Positions 63,173 to 64,000 of a DNA stretch of 64,000 nt are shown here, in pieces. Below the pieces are notes generated by a model. It had not been told where the DNA came from, did no database searches, and saw nothing but the letters and a program-made list of their open reading frames with translations. The DNA is taken from contig PS015296.1 in the NCBI GenBank assembly GCA_048213135.1, positions 73,073-137,072 of the forward strand, read 5' to 3'. Source of the DNA: Reclinomonas americana ATCC 50394 (Eukaryota). Position numbers and translations under genes: made by a program. Position 1 is the stretch's first letter. Each line of letters begins with the position of its first letter.

Positions 63173-64000
63173 TCATGAGCGCTCCCACATTTGGCGGCGG
63201 CGCCACGGATGAGCCAGTTGCGGTGAGAATTTGCGCTCCAGAGGGACCTCGGAGGCCGCCCGAGACAATCGCTCGCCACACTCCGACGCCGTAAACTTGC
63301 GATCGCCAGCACGCTGCTGCCGATTGACGGCCTCGGCCACCTTGGTCATGTTAAAGAGGTTGGTGCGGGCGGCCGAACGCAGCGTGGCCACCAGGTCGTC
63401 GGTCCACTCGGGTTCGCGAAGTGGCTCGAACAGCAACTCGTGGACCCTGAAAAAAATGCGGCAAATGAGCGCGAGATACGGGAGAGAAAAACAAGATATG
63501 ATTCCAACCTGACAGGCGAGCGCGACACCGGCAGCTTGGTGAGCACCGAGGCGGTCTCGTCGTCCTCGTTGTCGGCAAGGACGACTGGCGGCGCACTGCC
63601 ACGACCCTTCAGCACCGCATCGTCGACCACCGTGTCCGAAAGTCGCTCCGCTTCCACACTCTCCACGTCCTCGCCCTCTGGGAGCACCAGGCTGTGCTTG
63701 TCGTCTGCGTCGTCGTCGACCACCGCAACGACAGTGGGCACGGGCGCAGCCTGTGACTCCTCGACACGGCTTTTGCCTCTCGTGTCCGCCTTCTCCTTGC
63801 TGTCGTCGTCCTCGGCGCTGCCTTCCGAACCCCGATCCTCCTCCTCCTCCTCCTCCTCTTCTTCATCATCAATGGCCTCGATGGGAACACGCCGTGTGGC
63901 CAGCGCCGTGGGCTGAGCGACGGCAGTCGAGCCACTGGCAGCGCCTGCGATTGCCGTTCCGCGGTTTCCCCATCTGCGTGGCACAACTGTCAGTTGTCGC
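63173..64000 (-). CDS. 3' part of an uncharacterised acidic protein (starts beyond window end)
   Basis: An acidic exon (IDDEEEEEEEEEDRG...), a GT-AG intron near 63448-63508, and a final exon HELLFEPLREPEWTDDLVATLRSAARTNLFNMTKVAEAV...*. Confidence 0.5.

Noticed and set aside
61525-63294. 589-aa ORF implying eIF3g with a hydrophobic C-terminal extension
   Set aside because: The extension is read-through of a CT-rich intron (donor 62262, acceptor 63009). The spliced product ends WTTN*.
1-64000. Stop-codon reassignment or readthrough suggested by stops interrupting ORFs
   Set aside because: The interruptions I traced are explained by GT-AG introns, and TAA, TAG and TGA are all used as terminal stops.

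Overview
This is an intron-rich, GC-rich eukaryotic window from a flagellated protist-type genome; I cannot name the organism. It uses the standard genetic code, short GT-AG introns of about 60-100 nt, and occasional introns expanded by simple repeats. Genes reconstructed by hand, in order: a calponin/transgelin CH-domain gene (partial, -), RPL31 (+), a C2H2-ZnF/RGG non-canonical terminal nucleotidyltransferase (+), a WD40/coiled-coil/RLK-Pelle-type kinase fusion (-), an unknown coiled-coil protein (-), CEP78 (+), a P4-ATPase flippase (+), Shulin/DNAAF9 (+), three tandem F-box/LRR paralogues with C-terminal membrane anchors (-), a complete outer-arm dynein gamma-type heavy chain (DNAH5/8-like, -), eIF3g (+), and a partial unknown acidic gene (-). 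The most striking signal is a second, very common class of 5' splice site, H|GTTGCG(T), with variants GTTGAG and GTTTCG. It looks like the normal GTGCGT/GTGAGT donor with one extra U, which moves the conserved +5 G to +6. I located more than 35 such donors, anchored by reading frame, and none has G at -1. Other leads are a candidate intronic H/ACA RNA in the dynein gene, structured introns and microexons in the RPL31 leader, and Shulin lying next to the dynein heavy chain class it binds. All gene calls come from motif recognition and manual splicing, not from database searches.
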